A DNA stretch of 64,000 nucleotides from Candidatus Woesebacteria bacterium. Its GTDB lineage: Bacteria > Patescibacteriota > Microgenomatia > UBA1400 > MFAQ01. The position numbers and the translations under genes were made by a program. The notes under the pieces were generated by a model that did no database searches, was not told the origin of the DNA, and worked only from the letters and a program-made list of their open reading frames with translations. Below, piece by piece: positions 37,406 through 46,454 of this stretch. How positions within the stretch are numbered: the stretch's first letter is position 1; each line of letters opens with the position of its first letter. The stretch covers positions 129,006-193,005 of the forward strand of contig DAOORK010000001.1 of NCBI GenBank assembly GCA_035389185.1. Direction: 5' to 3'.

Positions 37406-39256
37406 TTAACTCATTCCTCCCCCACCCCCGCCGCCTCCTCCCCCACCCCCGCCGCCTGAAAAACCTCCATGCGATCCGGATCCTGAGGCACCGTAACTAG
37501 AAAACGATCTGCTTACACTGCCCAACCCTTGTGAAATCCCTGAAAAATTGATCCCTGTACCTCCTGGGTTCATGGCGGCGAGATAGACAAATGATGATTT
37601 TGTTTCGTCACTAATTTTGAGAGGAAGCTCGGAAAGAGCTTTAAGTGAGACTCCCAATGCGGTTCCATAGACAATATATTTTTCCCAGATAATGACCGAT
37701 TCGAGCGGAGATCTTTTGGTTACTGCGTAGTCTTTGAGATACTTTTTGAATGCTAACCAAGATGATTTTTCGACGGCACCTTTTGGGGTCAACCGGTCCA
37801 TAAAGCGATACAGAATGGTTAAAGCAATAACATAGAGAACAGCCATAAAGACCGAAGCCACACTAACAATGACCGCGTTGTTACTATCGATGAAAATAAA
37901 GTTTGAAATAAAGCCAAAAATGACAAAGCCGATAATGATAAGAACGATCTCAATGGTTATGCGTTGCTTTTCCTTATCCGACTGTGTATCAAGAAGTCCT
38001 TGTTCGAGGAGAAGTTTGGGGAAGTTACTTTTCCATGCTTGAAAATGAATACTGGCCAAACTGTCTGATTGCAGTTTTTTGAGTATCTCGGACTTGGATC
38101 TTTTTTGGACATTGTTTAGATAGAGTAGATTGAGAATCTTTTCTTCGTTTTTGGATAAAACTATTTTGGAATTATTTTTGCCAACAACTTCAAACCAGAT
38201 CTCAGGATTTCTTTTAAATAGACCCATGAGAGGCTTCTTTTCTTCTTGAGTAATTTTGAGATATTTGCGCCGACAAAGTTCTAAAAGCGTGGCTGTTAGC
38301 GAGTTTTCCCCTGGAAGATAGTGAGGAGACAGAATGGCTTCAACTAGCGACGGTTCGAGGTCTGAGGGTGGCTCATGAAGACTGCCGGATAAATTAATGG
38401 CTGGTAAAGGCAGATCTTTACCCATTTTTTTCCACCTGAGAAGCCAGTAAATAAATCTCATCATAAATAGTAGTCCGATGATCGAAATACCGATAATGGC
38501 GGCAGTGTAATCTGTTTTTGCCGTGGAGTCAGAAGAGTCAAGACCATTAATAGTTTCGTTAATATAATCAGCCTCTTCTTGGACAATGCGATCAAAGGCG
38601 TTTTCATTTTCCGTTGCTACTTGAGGCAGTTTGGCAAACAAGACTCTTGATTCAACAAAAGTATCGGCCGGCACGTAGTCTAGCTGATAAACAATTGTTT
38701 GGTTGTCGACGATGGACACTTCGCCCGAAAGAGGTCCATGGCCCCAGGCTTTTAATCGATCATCGGCTGTAGGATTTGGAAGATGAATGGTGGCCGTGAG
38801 ATTGGCAGTTGGAACACCCCAGCCTGTTTGTATTAGCTGCCAGTATAGCTCAGCCGTGTCTTGATAATTATTTACGAAGTTTTCAACTCGATAAGAGACC
38901 GTAAAGTCTTTTGTTTCGTTGAGGGCAGAGTAGTGCCAAGTGACTGTTTTTTGGTTATCTTTATCCGAGACGGAGTGAGAAATTATTTGATTGGCTTCTC
39001 GAACGGTGATGTCTTTGATTATCAGAGAGTCGCACTTTGTGTTGGTACAGGCCTTTTTTAATCCTGTTATCCACCAACCGTTGGAATACTGACCGCTAAA
39101 AGTGTAAGTCCTTTTTTCGGAGATATCGGCAGAACCATTTGAATTAACTTGAATATCAATATCCGCTTTGTCGATGGTGTAGCTTTTGGCAAAACAGTTC
39201 TGAGGAAAGAGAAATACGCCAAAGAATACGATTAAGAAGAGGAGGATCTTTTTCAT
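37406..39256 (-). CDS. DUF2207 domain membrane protein
   Basis: Signal peptide, ELYWQLI, WGHGPL, WEKYIVYGTALGV, Gly-rich C-terminus. Confidence 0.9.
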   Translation of the reverse strand: MKKILLFLIVFFGVFLFPQNCFAKSYTIDKADIDIQVNSNGSADISEKRTYTFSGQYSNGWWITGLKKACTNTKCDSLIIKDITVREANQIISHSVSDKDNQKTVTWHYSALNETKDFTVSYRVENFVNNYQDTAELYWQLIQTGWGVPTANLTATIHLPNPTADDRLKAWGHGPLSGEVSIVDNQTIVYQLDYVPADTFVESRVLFAKLPQVATENENAFDRIVQEEADYINETINGLDSSDSTAKTDYTAAIIGISIIGLLFMMRFIYWLLRWKKMGKDLPLPAINLSGSLHEPPSDLEPSLVEAILSPHYLPGENSLTATLLELCRRKYLKITQEEKKPLMGLFKRNPEIWFEVVGKNNSKIVLSKNEEKILNLLYLNNVQKRSKSEILKKLQSDSLASIHFQAWKSNFPKLLLEQGLLDTQSDKEKQRITIEIVLIIIGFVIFGFISNFIFIDSNNAVIVSVASVFMAVLYVIALTILYRFMDRLTPKGAVEKSSWLAFKKYLKDYAVTKRSPLESVIIWEKYIVYGTALGVSLKALSELPLKISDETKSSFVYLAAMNPGGTGINFSGISQGLGSVSRSFSSYGASGSGSHGGFSGGGGGGGGGGGGGGMS

Positions 39257-39259
39257 GAC

Positions 39260-39928
39260 TTATGGTGTCATGGTAATGCTCTCAATAATATTGCCAACTT
39301 CTTCCTTGAAACCAAGCTTACCGGGATCTTTGATGACTGAGGTAACCAACAAGAACTTTTCTGATGTCTGTGGAATATAGTAATAGGCAACTTCTCCAAA
39401 GGAGTCTTCTGAGAGATAATAAAAACCAGTACTCTTGTATGGAATCGGAGCCACAATAATCTTAAAGTCTGGAGATAGCTGTTCTTTCTTTTGCTCGATA
39501 TCAGCTTCAATCAGCGACTTTAAATCTTTGTTGGCACCAAGACTACCCTGGTCGATATTTACAGAATAACCATCAAATAACTCTGTTTGAGTTTTTTGGG
39601 TTGGGCCCCATTTTGGAAATGAGACAGTCCCGTCAAGATTTTCTTGAGCATCGACACTATTGGGGAGGCTGGCTGAGAAGGCCATTTGGGTATTGATGTA
39701 TTTTTTGGTTTTTGTTTCGCTGACTGATGGAGTTTGAGTAACATCTGTGGAATTACTCTGACTGGAAAGGAAACACTCGGTTGTAGGCATCGGAGTACTG
39801 GGCTGACCGTGTTTTTGCCATGAACCGTCAACACAGATCCAACTGTCTTCTGGCGACAGAAGACGCAGACCAAAAATAACAGCTATGGCGATTAGAGATA
39901 AAACCAGTATTATTTTTATTTTGCCCAT
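39260..39928 (-). CDS. Membrane-anchored extracellular protein
   Basis: N-terminal TM then EDSWICVDGSWQKHGQP Cys mini-domain and Thr/Ser linker. Confidence 0.7.
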   Translation of the reverse strand: MGKIKIILVLSLIAIAVIFGLRLLSPEDSWICVDGSWQKHGQPSTPMPTTECFLSSQSNSTDVTQTPSVSETKTKKYINTQMAFSASLPNSVDAQENLDGTVSFPKWGPTQKTQTELFDGYSVNIDQGSLGANKDLKSLIEADIEQKKEQLSPDFKIIVAPIPYKSTGFYYLSEDSFGEVAYYYIPQTSEKFLLVTSVIKDPGKLGFKEEVGNIIESITMTP

Positions 39929-39955
39929 GTATTTTCAAATCCTAAATAATAATAT

Positions 39956-40168
39956 TTAGTTTAGTGTTGCGGACTCTGTTGCCAGGAAATCACCTGAATT
40001 TGTGGCTGTAGTGGGAGAGACGGAAATTGTAGGTGTAGAAATGGGAGTGGTGTTGGAAGTGGAAAAAGACGAGGGGTTTTTGGACATCCACAAGATTATG
40101 AGAACGATGATGGCAATGATAATAATGATCCACAAAACTGCTTGGCCTTTGAACGTTTTAGCAAACAT
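39956..40168 (-). CDS. Small membrane protein with class III-like signal (KGQ + hydrophobic helix)
   Basis: KGQAVLWIIIII.. then S/T/P-rich tail. Confidence 0.5.
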   Translation of the reverse strand: MFAKTFKGQAVLWIIIIIAIIVLIILWMSKNPSSFSTSNTTPISTPTISVSPTTATNSGDFLATESATLN

Positions 40169-40228
40169 TTGCTTTTTTATTGTTAACCCCTTGACCTATC
40201 TTAACACTTTGTAAGGAGTGGTTCTCGA

Positions 40229-40915
40229 TTAAATTTTTTGCAAAAAATGACCCAAAAGTTGTTCTGAATTTGCGGTGCTTGTACCGGTCTTTATTTTGAC
40301 GTCTATATCTGCCAGACGTTGATAGAGATCTAGAAGTTGATCAAGGGAAAAGTAAACTGACTGAGCTTGAATCAACCGAGCCGGATATGGAGCTAACTTT
40401 AGGTTTTTGGAGCCCGCTTTTGCTTGGATCAGTAATTTAATCTGTCTAACCATCATGGCGAAGACAAAATCTGGCTCTGTGCCCTCTTGAAGAATGTTTT
40501 TCCAGGATAGTAGTATGGTCTGAGTATTCCCGGGCTTAAGGGAGTCAAGAAATTTAAAGATTACCGGGCTGATGGGAAAGATCTCGGTTTTGGCTGAAGG
40601 GATTTGTTTGAGAGAAGAGGGAGTGAGAGTTTTGTCGTCCCAAAGAATGATTTCGCTGTCTTCGTTTTGATTGATTAACTCGATAATTTTGGCCTTATTT
40701 TTTGATTTTTGTCCGCTAATTAGATTTTTGATGACGAAGCACTTTGACGAACCGAATAACCCGTATGATCCAATTTCCTGTCTGAGACCGGTAATGTCTA
40801 TCTCTGAGGCTTCGTGTACAAGGATCTCAAAATCATGAAGTTTTAACTGGTCGGTGAGAGAAAACAATCTTTGATAGGATTTTTGAACATCTTCTCCATG
40901 CAAAATGGTGATCAT
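40229..40915 (-). CDS. holA: DNA polymerase III delta subunit (short form)
   Basis: ILHGED, GLFG, IFKFLDSL, L..ID..IKTG. Confidence 0.8.
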   Translation of the reverse strand: MITILHGEDVQKSYQRLFSLTDQLKLHDFEILVHEASEIDITGLRQEIGSYGLFGSSKCFVIKNLISGQKSKNKAKIIELINQNEDSEIILWDDKTLTPSSLKQIPSAKTEIFPISPVIFKFLDSLKPGNTQTILLSWKNILQEGTEPDFVFAMMVRQIKLLIQAKAGSKNLKLAPYPARLIQAQSVYFSLDQLLDLYQRLADIDVKIKTGTSTANSEQLLGHFLQKI

Positions 40916-42048
40916 ATATTTAACAGTTTAAGCAGTGACTGGAGACTATTGTAAAGCTTTTTGAGAATTGTTTGGCTATTGATTGTGTTAGTTGGTCTGA
41001 GGCTTGCCGATATGGTAACTATTGGCTGTGAGGGAGATATTTGCTTAATCTCGGCTATCTTAGGACTACCCTTGGTCGCAAAAGAACTAAGAACGGATGA
41101 GAATTCTTTGAGAGTGCCATCATTTTTGACAAAGCTAAAATCTACGAAGGAACCATCTTGAGCATTGAGTAAAAAGGGCGTAATAGTGACAATGTTTTCG
41201 TCTTTCCAGGAATGAGAAAGAGCATAAAGATAATAAAGAGCAATTTGATGTTCCGAAAGGTACTGACCCGACCAACCAGTCTCGGTAATAAAGACGGGCA
41301 ATTTTTTCTTGGTAAACAAACGAATAAACCTAAGGTCTGATCTAAAGGAGTCTATCTTGTTGGAACCTGATTTGTCGGGTCTGGCGGAAAAATCTGGATT
41401 TGGATAGGCATGCGATGTCCAGCCGTCTATTTTGTCAAAGATATCGGGGTTTCTAAGATACATACGCTCAAGATACAGTCTCCAGTTGAGTGAGTTTTTG
41501 GTGTTGCTGGCGGCATTATCGAGACCGGCAGGAAGAATAAAAAAGTCAGGTGAGACATTTTTGAAAATATCGCTTGCGTTTTTTAGGGTGTCGGAGTACA
41601 TTTCCGGAGAGACATAGCCTCCATACTCATCGGCTCGATTGACTTCATTAAAAATAATGACGTAGCGATTTTCAACCGGCCAGGAAAGATCACCTAGAAA
41701 ATTGGCAAAGTCGATGAGGTCGTAGTTGTTTGGCTCGGCCCAGTTTGATCCATCAGGAACTGTGGCTACTCTGATAAGAGGAATGACTCTATTTGCTTTG
41801 CAGTCATCTAAAAATTGCTGCCACTTTTTACGATCTCGGTCTGAGGCCTGGATAGGTATTGTGACATATCCCCACTCTCCTTGACCATCATTGTTGACGA
41901 TTTTGGCGGCTTGATTAATTTCGCTGGGAAAAAGAATGTGAATACCAATTTTATTGTTTGGGGAAGAAAGTGGGTCGGTGATCGCCAGTACAGGAGTAAC
42001 AAAATTTAGAAAGGCAAAAATAGAGATGGTGATGGCTAAAAATGACAC
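40912..42048 (-). CDS. Secreted glycoside hydrolase, clan GH-A-like
   Basis: FNEVN acid/base, HAYP, VFITETGW nucleophile; signal peptide. Confidence 0.78.
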   Translation of the reverse strand: MSFLAITISIFAFLNFVTPVLAITDPLSSPNNKIGIHILFPSEINQAAKIVNNDGQGEWGYVTIPIQASDRDRKKWQQFLDDCKANRVIPLIRVATVPDGSNWAEPNNYDLIDFANFLGDLSWPVENRYVIIFNEVNRADEYGGYVSPEMYSDTLKNASDIFKNVSPDFFILPAGLDNAASNTKNSLNWRLYLERMYLRNPDIFDKIDGWTSHAYPNPDFSARPDKSGSNKIDSFRSDLRFIRLFTKKKLPVFITETGWSGQYLSEHQIALYYLYALSHSWKDENIVTITPFLLNAQDGSFVDFSFVKNDGTLKEFSSVLSSFATKGSPKIAEIKQISPSQPIVTISASLRPTNTINSQTILKKLYNSLQSLLKLLNI

Positions 42049-42099
42049 ACTAATATTATAGAGGTTATAAAAAAACCTCCCCTTGCGGGGAGGAGAATA

Positions 42100-42639
42100 T
42101 CAATCTTTGTAATAAAGATAGAAACGATTGTCAAAATACTTGTCGTGGACAAGAATGTATCCTTTTGGATTTGAAAAAAAGCAATAACGTTTTTCCAGTT
42201 TATTTCCGTAAGAATCATCCTTTACGCAGTATTTGGTCGAAAAAATAATTGCCGGTTTTATGAAGTTTATGATCACATAATAGTATTTTTTTGAAGGCGT
42301 CGAATCTCCCACTCTTATAGTGTCGCTGATTTCAATATTTTTCCAGTGATTATTTTCGGCATAGACTTCAAGGTCTTTTTTACCAGTTTTTAATTTTTTG
42401 TAGGTAATTATCGGCCTAAGAATTTGGGCGATAACTAGCAAAACTGCCAGTGCATCTATCGCCAAAACAATTTTGCAATGTATGGGGTTTGGAAAAATGC
42501 TACAACCATTTGCAAACGATGTAATTGAGGCGATTCCTCCATCATGAACAATGAAAATCACGCTGAAAGAAAGTATTAGTACCCAAAAAATGCTATTAAG
42601 AATCTCACCAGCAAGCTGGTTTTTTTCGCTTTTGTCCAT
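42100..42639 (-). CDS. Hypothetical membrane protein
   Basis: Two TM helices; TATAAT, AAGGAG SD, own terminator. Confidence 0.6.
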   Translation of the reverse strand: MDKSEKNQLAGEILNSIFWVLILSFSVIFIVHDGGIASITSFANGCSIFPNPIHCKIVLAIDALAVLLVIAQILRPIITYKKLKTGKKDLEVYAENNHWKNIEISDTIRVGDSTPSKKYYYVIINFIKPAIIFSTKYCVKDDSYGNKLEKRYCFFSNPKGYILVHDKYFDNRFYLYYKD

Positions 42640-42709
42640 TATTTTCTCCTTTAAAGTGCAAGATGCGGGTATTATAGCTCAAAAAACCTCCCCAATTGGG
42701 GAGGGTCTA

Positions 42710-43153
42710 TTATTTACGATACAGACGAAGTGGGGTTTGCCGATAAAGTAAGTCCTCTACTACACAGTATTGATTGTTGAAGTAGAGTACTTGTTTTTTA
42801 ATCTCAACAGAGTCCAGCTCCGACTTTCTTAGGGCAACAACTTGAAAATTGTCGACGCCGACAAAAAAATCGTCTTTTCCCCCATCTCCAGCCACAAAAT
42901 CGAGTTTTTGGATGGGAGATTGATTTAATTGCTGAGTAAAACCAAGTTTTTTTAGTTCTGCATTGAGGGCATCAATTTCTCGCTTTGATCTGCTTGGACC
43001 ACTAGGGTTAAGAAATATGAGAATGATCAAAAGCATTGAAAGTACTATCGTCACAAAAAATATACTTTTCATGGTTGGGTAGTTCAGAACTGATATTATG
43101 TTTGCGGACAGTAAGAGACATAAAGCAATACCATACATTTCGTTACGGGTCAT
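42710..43153 (-). CDS. Hypothetical membrane protein
   Basis: Two N-terminal TM helices; TATAAT, AAGGAGG SD, own terminator. Confidence 0.6.
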   Translation of the reverse strand: MTRNEMYGIALCLLLSANIISVLNYPTMKSIFFVTIVLSMLLIILIFLNPSGPSRSKREIDALNAELKKLGFTQQLNQSPIQKLDFVAGDGGKDDFFVGVDNFQVVALRKSELDSVEIKKQVLYFNNQYCVVEDLLYRQTPLRLYRK

Positions 43154-43219
43154 ACGACCTCCTTATGAATGAATGTGCAGTTTTATAGGATTATATCAAA
43201 GGAGTTTTTCAAAATCAAT

Positions 43220-44185
43220 TTAGCGTGGCAGAGTTCTACCTAGATGGATATATGCCTTGGGGGTGGCAATACGACCGCGATTGGTTTTGCCTAGAAAACC
43301 GGATTGAAGCAGATAGGGTTCATATAGGTCGGAGATAGTGTCGACAGACTCGGAGATAAGGGCGGCCAAGGTTTCGAGACCTACTGGACCGCCGGCATGT
43401 TGGTCGATGATAGCTTCCAGAAGTCGTCTGTCTGTGGCATCGAGACCTTCTTCATCTACTTCATAAAATTCAAGTGATTTTTTGGTATTTTCGTGATTGG
43501 ATTTTGATTGGTGTTCAACTAGATTGAAGTCACGAACTCTTCTTAGAAGCTTTAGGGCAATACGAGCGGTTCCTCGAGAACGCTTGGCAATCTCTAAGGC
43601 TGAGTCATCGTCCAGACTGAAATGGAGCTTGTCTGCGGCCTTGAGGATAATACCTTGAAGCTCTTTGGGTTCATAAAAACGCAGGCGATGAACAATACCA
43701 AAACGGTCTCTGAGAGGAGAGCTAATTCTGCCTGCTTGGGTTGTTGCGCCAATAAGAGTGAAAGGACTAAGGTCTAGGCGAAGATTCTTGGCCGCCGGGC
43801 CTTTGCCTAGGATAATATCGATGGCAAAGTCTTCCATGGCTGGATAAAGTGCTTCTTCTACCGGCTTGTTGAGGCGATGAATTTCGTCGATAAACATGAC
43901 ATCCCCAGGCTCAAGGGCGGTGAGGATAGAAGCTAGATCGCCAGCTCTTGTGAGTGCGGGTCCAGAGGTGACTTTGAGATTAACGCCCATCTCGTTGGCA
44001 ATGATGTGGGCAAGAGTTGTTTTCCCCAGACCCGGAGGACCATAGAGAAGAACGTGTTCCACGGGTTCTTTCCTGGATTTGGCGGCTTTGATAGCAATCT
44101 GCAGAGACTTAACGACCTGTGGCTGACCAGCAAAATCCGGCCAGTGTGTCGGACGAACAGTGATTGGTTCTGGTTGTTTGTTCAT
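43220..44185 (-). CDS. ruvB: Holliday junction branch migration helicase RuvB
   Basis: [33 protein letters not shown]. Confidence 0.97.
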   Translation of the reverse strand: MNKQPEPITVRPTHWPDFAGQPQVVKSLQIAIKAAKSRKEPVEHVLLYGPPGLGKTTLAHIIANEMGVNLKVTSGPALTRAGDLASILTALEPGDVMFIDEIHRLNKPVEEALYPAMEDFAIDIILGKGPAAKNLRLDLSPFTLIGATTQAGRISSPLRDRFGIVHRLRFYEPKELQGIILKAADKLHFSLDDDSALEIAKRSRGTARIALKLLRRVRDFNLVEHQSKSNHENTKKSLEFYEVDEEGLDATDRRLLEAIIDQHAGGPVGLETLAALISESVDTISDLYEPYLLQSGFLGKTNRGRIATPKAYIHLGRTLPR

Positions 44186-44739
44186 TTTTTCAAAAGCTTA
44201 AGAGCGGTCTTAACTTGTGTAGAAAGCGAAGAAGATGAGTCAATTTGGGAAAAGACACCGGTAATCTCGGATTTTTGGAAGCCGAGAGCCAGCAGTGAGT
44301 CTACCAGTTCGGAGTTGCCTTCAAGATTCCCAAGGTTGACGTCCCCTTTGCTAATCTTGGATTTGAGATCCAAAATTATTTTTTGGGCTGTTTTTTTGCC
44401 AACACCGGAGATTGAGGAAAAAAACTGAAGATTACTTTCGGAGATGGCTTTTTTGATGTTCTCCCCTGTCGATGAAGAAAGCATGGTTAAGGCAATTTTG
44501 GGACCAACTCCAGAGACGGTAATTAGAAGTTCGAAAAGATCTAGATCTTCAGGGGTTCCGAAGCCAAATAATGCCAGATTGTCCTCTCTGATATGAGTGT
44601 GGATAAAGAGCTTGGCGTTTTGATTTTCGAGAAAATTAAGATTGTGGGGAAGATTGACGGTGAAGCCAATACCGTTAGCAAAGAGAATGATTCTTCCCTG
44701 GGTTGCGTACTTTACCGTGCCTTCGAGATATCCGATCAT
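44182..44739 (-). CDS. ruvA: Holliday junction branch migration protein RuvA
   Basis: [28 protein letters not shown]. Confidence 0.95.
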   Translation of the reverse strand: MIGYLEGTVKYATQGRIILFANGIGFTVNLPHNLNFLENQNAKLFIHTHIREDNLALFGFGTPEDLDLFELLITVSGVGPKIALTMLSSSTGENIKKAISESNLQFFSSISGVGKKTAQKIILDLKSKISKGDVNLGNLEGNSELVDSLLALGFQKSEITGVFSQIDSSSSLSTQVKTALKLLKK

Positions 44740-44845
44740 AAAGTCAGTATATCACCCTCGGTTTCGGTTTTTTAATGGGTATTGTTGACTTTATGGATAA
44801 ATTATATATAATATAGGGTATTGACCTTTTAAATTGGAGGAAGTA

Positions 44846-45223
44846 ATGGCTAAAAGAATTTTGATTGTGCACGCCGATCATACAATGCAATTTCATATGC
44901 AGGCATATGGAGAACGTTTGACCGATGATGGTTATTCTGTAGCAGAAATGCACTTCTTGACTGGAGAACCCATTAAAGACAGAGTCAAGATTCTTGCCGA
45001 CATTCTGGCTGGAAAACCACAAGATAACGTCAAGTATGATCTGGTGATCATTTTCGACAACTACGAAACCATTCTGAAGAAAATTAGAAATTTGAAACCA
45101 TTTGCGATTCCAGTCTTCTATGTAGACATCTTTCGAGAGGTTTCTCCGATTGAAGGATTTACCTGGTTTCAAGATCCAATGCCCTCAGAGCTTTCTGAAG
45201 AAGCTAAAAAAGTGTTGAGTTAA
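44846..45223 (+). CDS. Hypothetical protein, degenerate receiver-like fold
   Basis: KRILIVH..YDLVIIFD..PVFYV alpha/beta pattern; GGAGG SD; terminator 45224-45253. Confidence 0.55.
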   Translation: MAKRILIVHADHTMQFHMQAYGERLTDDGYSVAEMHFLTGEPIKDRVKILADILAGKPQDNVKYDLVIIFDNYETILKKIRNLKPFAIPVFYVDIFREVSPIEGFTWFQDPMPSELSEEAKKVLS

Positions 45224-45252
45224 AAAAATAATCCCGGGAAACCGGGACTTTT

Positions 45253-45726
45253 TTATTTTGGATGATGAAAGGTATGGGTGAGAGCGATGGCCACAGCATC
45301 TGCGGCATCGTCGGGCTTGGGGATTTCTTTGAGATGCAGGATCTTGGTGACCATAAATTGAATCTGACTCTTTTCGGCTTTGCCATAGCCGGTAAGAGAT
45401 GACTTTACCTGCATTGGCGTGTACTGGAAAATAGGTAGGTGTGCTTGCTGACAGGCGAGGATAATCACTCCCCTAGCGGCACCGACGTCAAATGCGGTGG
45501 TAACGTTTTTGGCAAAGAAAAGAGATTCCATGGAAACAGTATCTATTTGATTGTGAGCAATTAGATCGGTAAAAAAATTGTATATTTTCTCCAGTCTGTC
45601 TGGTAGTTCGGATTTCACTTTTGTTTCAAAACAGCCATATTCGAGCAAGACATCTTGACTTCTTTGATGATCTAGGATGGCCCAACCTACTCTACCTGTA
45701 CCCGGATCTATTCCTAAGACTTTCAT
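45253..45726 (-). CDS. ruvC: Crossover junction endodeoxyribonuclease RuvC
   Basis: VLGIDPG, MESLFF, TGYGKAEK, DDAADAVAIALTH; start reassigned to ATG 45726. Confidence 0.96.
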   Translation of the reverse strand: MKVLGIDPGTGRVGWAILDHQRSQDVLLEYGCFETKVKSELPDRLEKIYNFFTDLIAHNQIDTVSMESLFFAKNVTTAFDVGAARGVIILACQQAHLPIFQYTPMQVKSSLTGYGKAEKSQIQFMVTKILHLKEIPKPDDAADAVAIALTHTFHHPK

Positions 45727-45805
45727 ACTTTGATTGTATATTGAGGACAAAGATTTAGATATTTTATTTTCACCAGCTTCAATGGTAAAATATACTGCGT
45801 TGTAT

Positions 45806-45879
45806 GGGTCAGTAGCTCAGTCGGTTAGAGCACCTGCCTTTTAAGCAGGGTGTCGCGGGTTCGAGTCCCGCCTGACCCA
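45806..45879 (+). tRNA. tRNA-Lys(TTT)
   Basis: GGGTCAG/CTGACCC acceptor, CCTGC-CT-TTT-AA-GCAGG anticodon arm. Confidence 0.95.
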
Positions 45880-45883
45880 CTTT

Positions 45884-45957
45884 GGTCCCGTCGTCTAGCG
45901 GTCTAGGACGTCAGGTTTTCATCCTGAATATCGCGGGTTCGATTCCCGCCGGGATCA
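45884..45957 (+). tRNA. tRNA-Glu(TTC)
   Basis: GGTCCCG/CGGGATC acceptor, TCAGG-TT-TTC-AT-CCTGA anticodon arm. Confidence 0.93.
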
Positions 45958-46140
45958 CTAAGTTCAGTTTGTTCCGAGGCGATCCGCAAGGGTCGCTTCG
46001 TTGTATTGATGTATCCGACTAAAATTTTCCTAAATTGATTGAAAATCGCGTTCGAGTCCCGTAAGGGTTGTTATTGGATTGTGGATAATTCTTCAAAAAA
46101 CGTCTATAAATAATAGTAGAGAGCAATCTTTACTCAACAA

Positions 46141-46311
46141 CTATTTGTGTTTTGTTTTATCCACTAGCACAAATTGTTGCCTTTTACCCTGGTTGTTTGG
46201 CGGTGTTTTATCACCTCGACTGAGAGTGTACTCAGTCGTACCACCCGAAGGTCGGTACTGTCCAGAAACTGGAGCAAGTTTGCCTGTATAGGCAATTACT
46301 TTTTTCTGCAT
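46141..46311 (-). CDS. YjzC-like small protein
   Basis: TGKLAPVSGQY...LSRGDKTPP pattern; AAGGAGG upstream of ATG 46311. Confidence 0.65.
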   Translation of the reverse strand: MQKKVIAYTGKLAPVSGQYRPSGGTTEYTLSRGDKTPPNNQGKRQQFVLVDKTKHK

Positions 46312-46454
46312 TTCCTTTTTCCTCCTTTCTCGCCGGGCTACGGCGTGCTGGTTGCACCGCTCCTTCGAGAAATTTAGCTGTACCAATAAAGACGCTCTCT
46401 ACTGCGAATAATCTATCACCAAAAATCTAACTTAGCAACTTTTTACTTAGAGTG

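Noticed and set aside
37413-37500. G/C-rich low-complexity tract
   Set aside because: Encodes the normal poly-Gly tail of DUF2207 proteins
44744-45172. 142-aa minus-strand ORF between ruvA and ruvC
   Set aside because: Antisense to a plus-strand ORF that has promoter, SD and terminator support
46115-46403. Retron ncRNA suggested by the flanking inverted repeats
   Set aside because: No reverse transcriptase anywhere in the window
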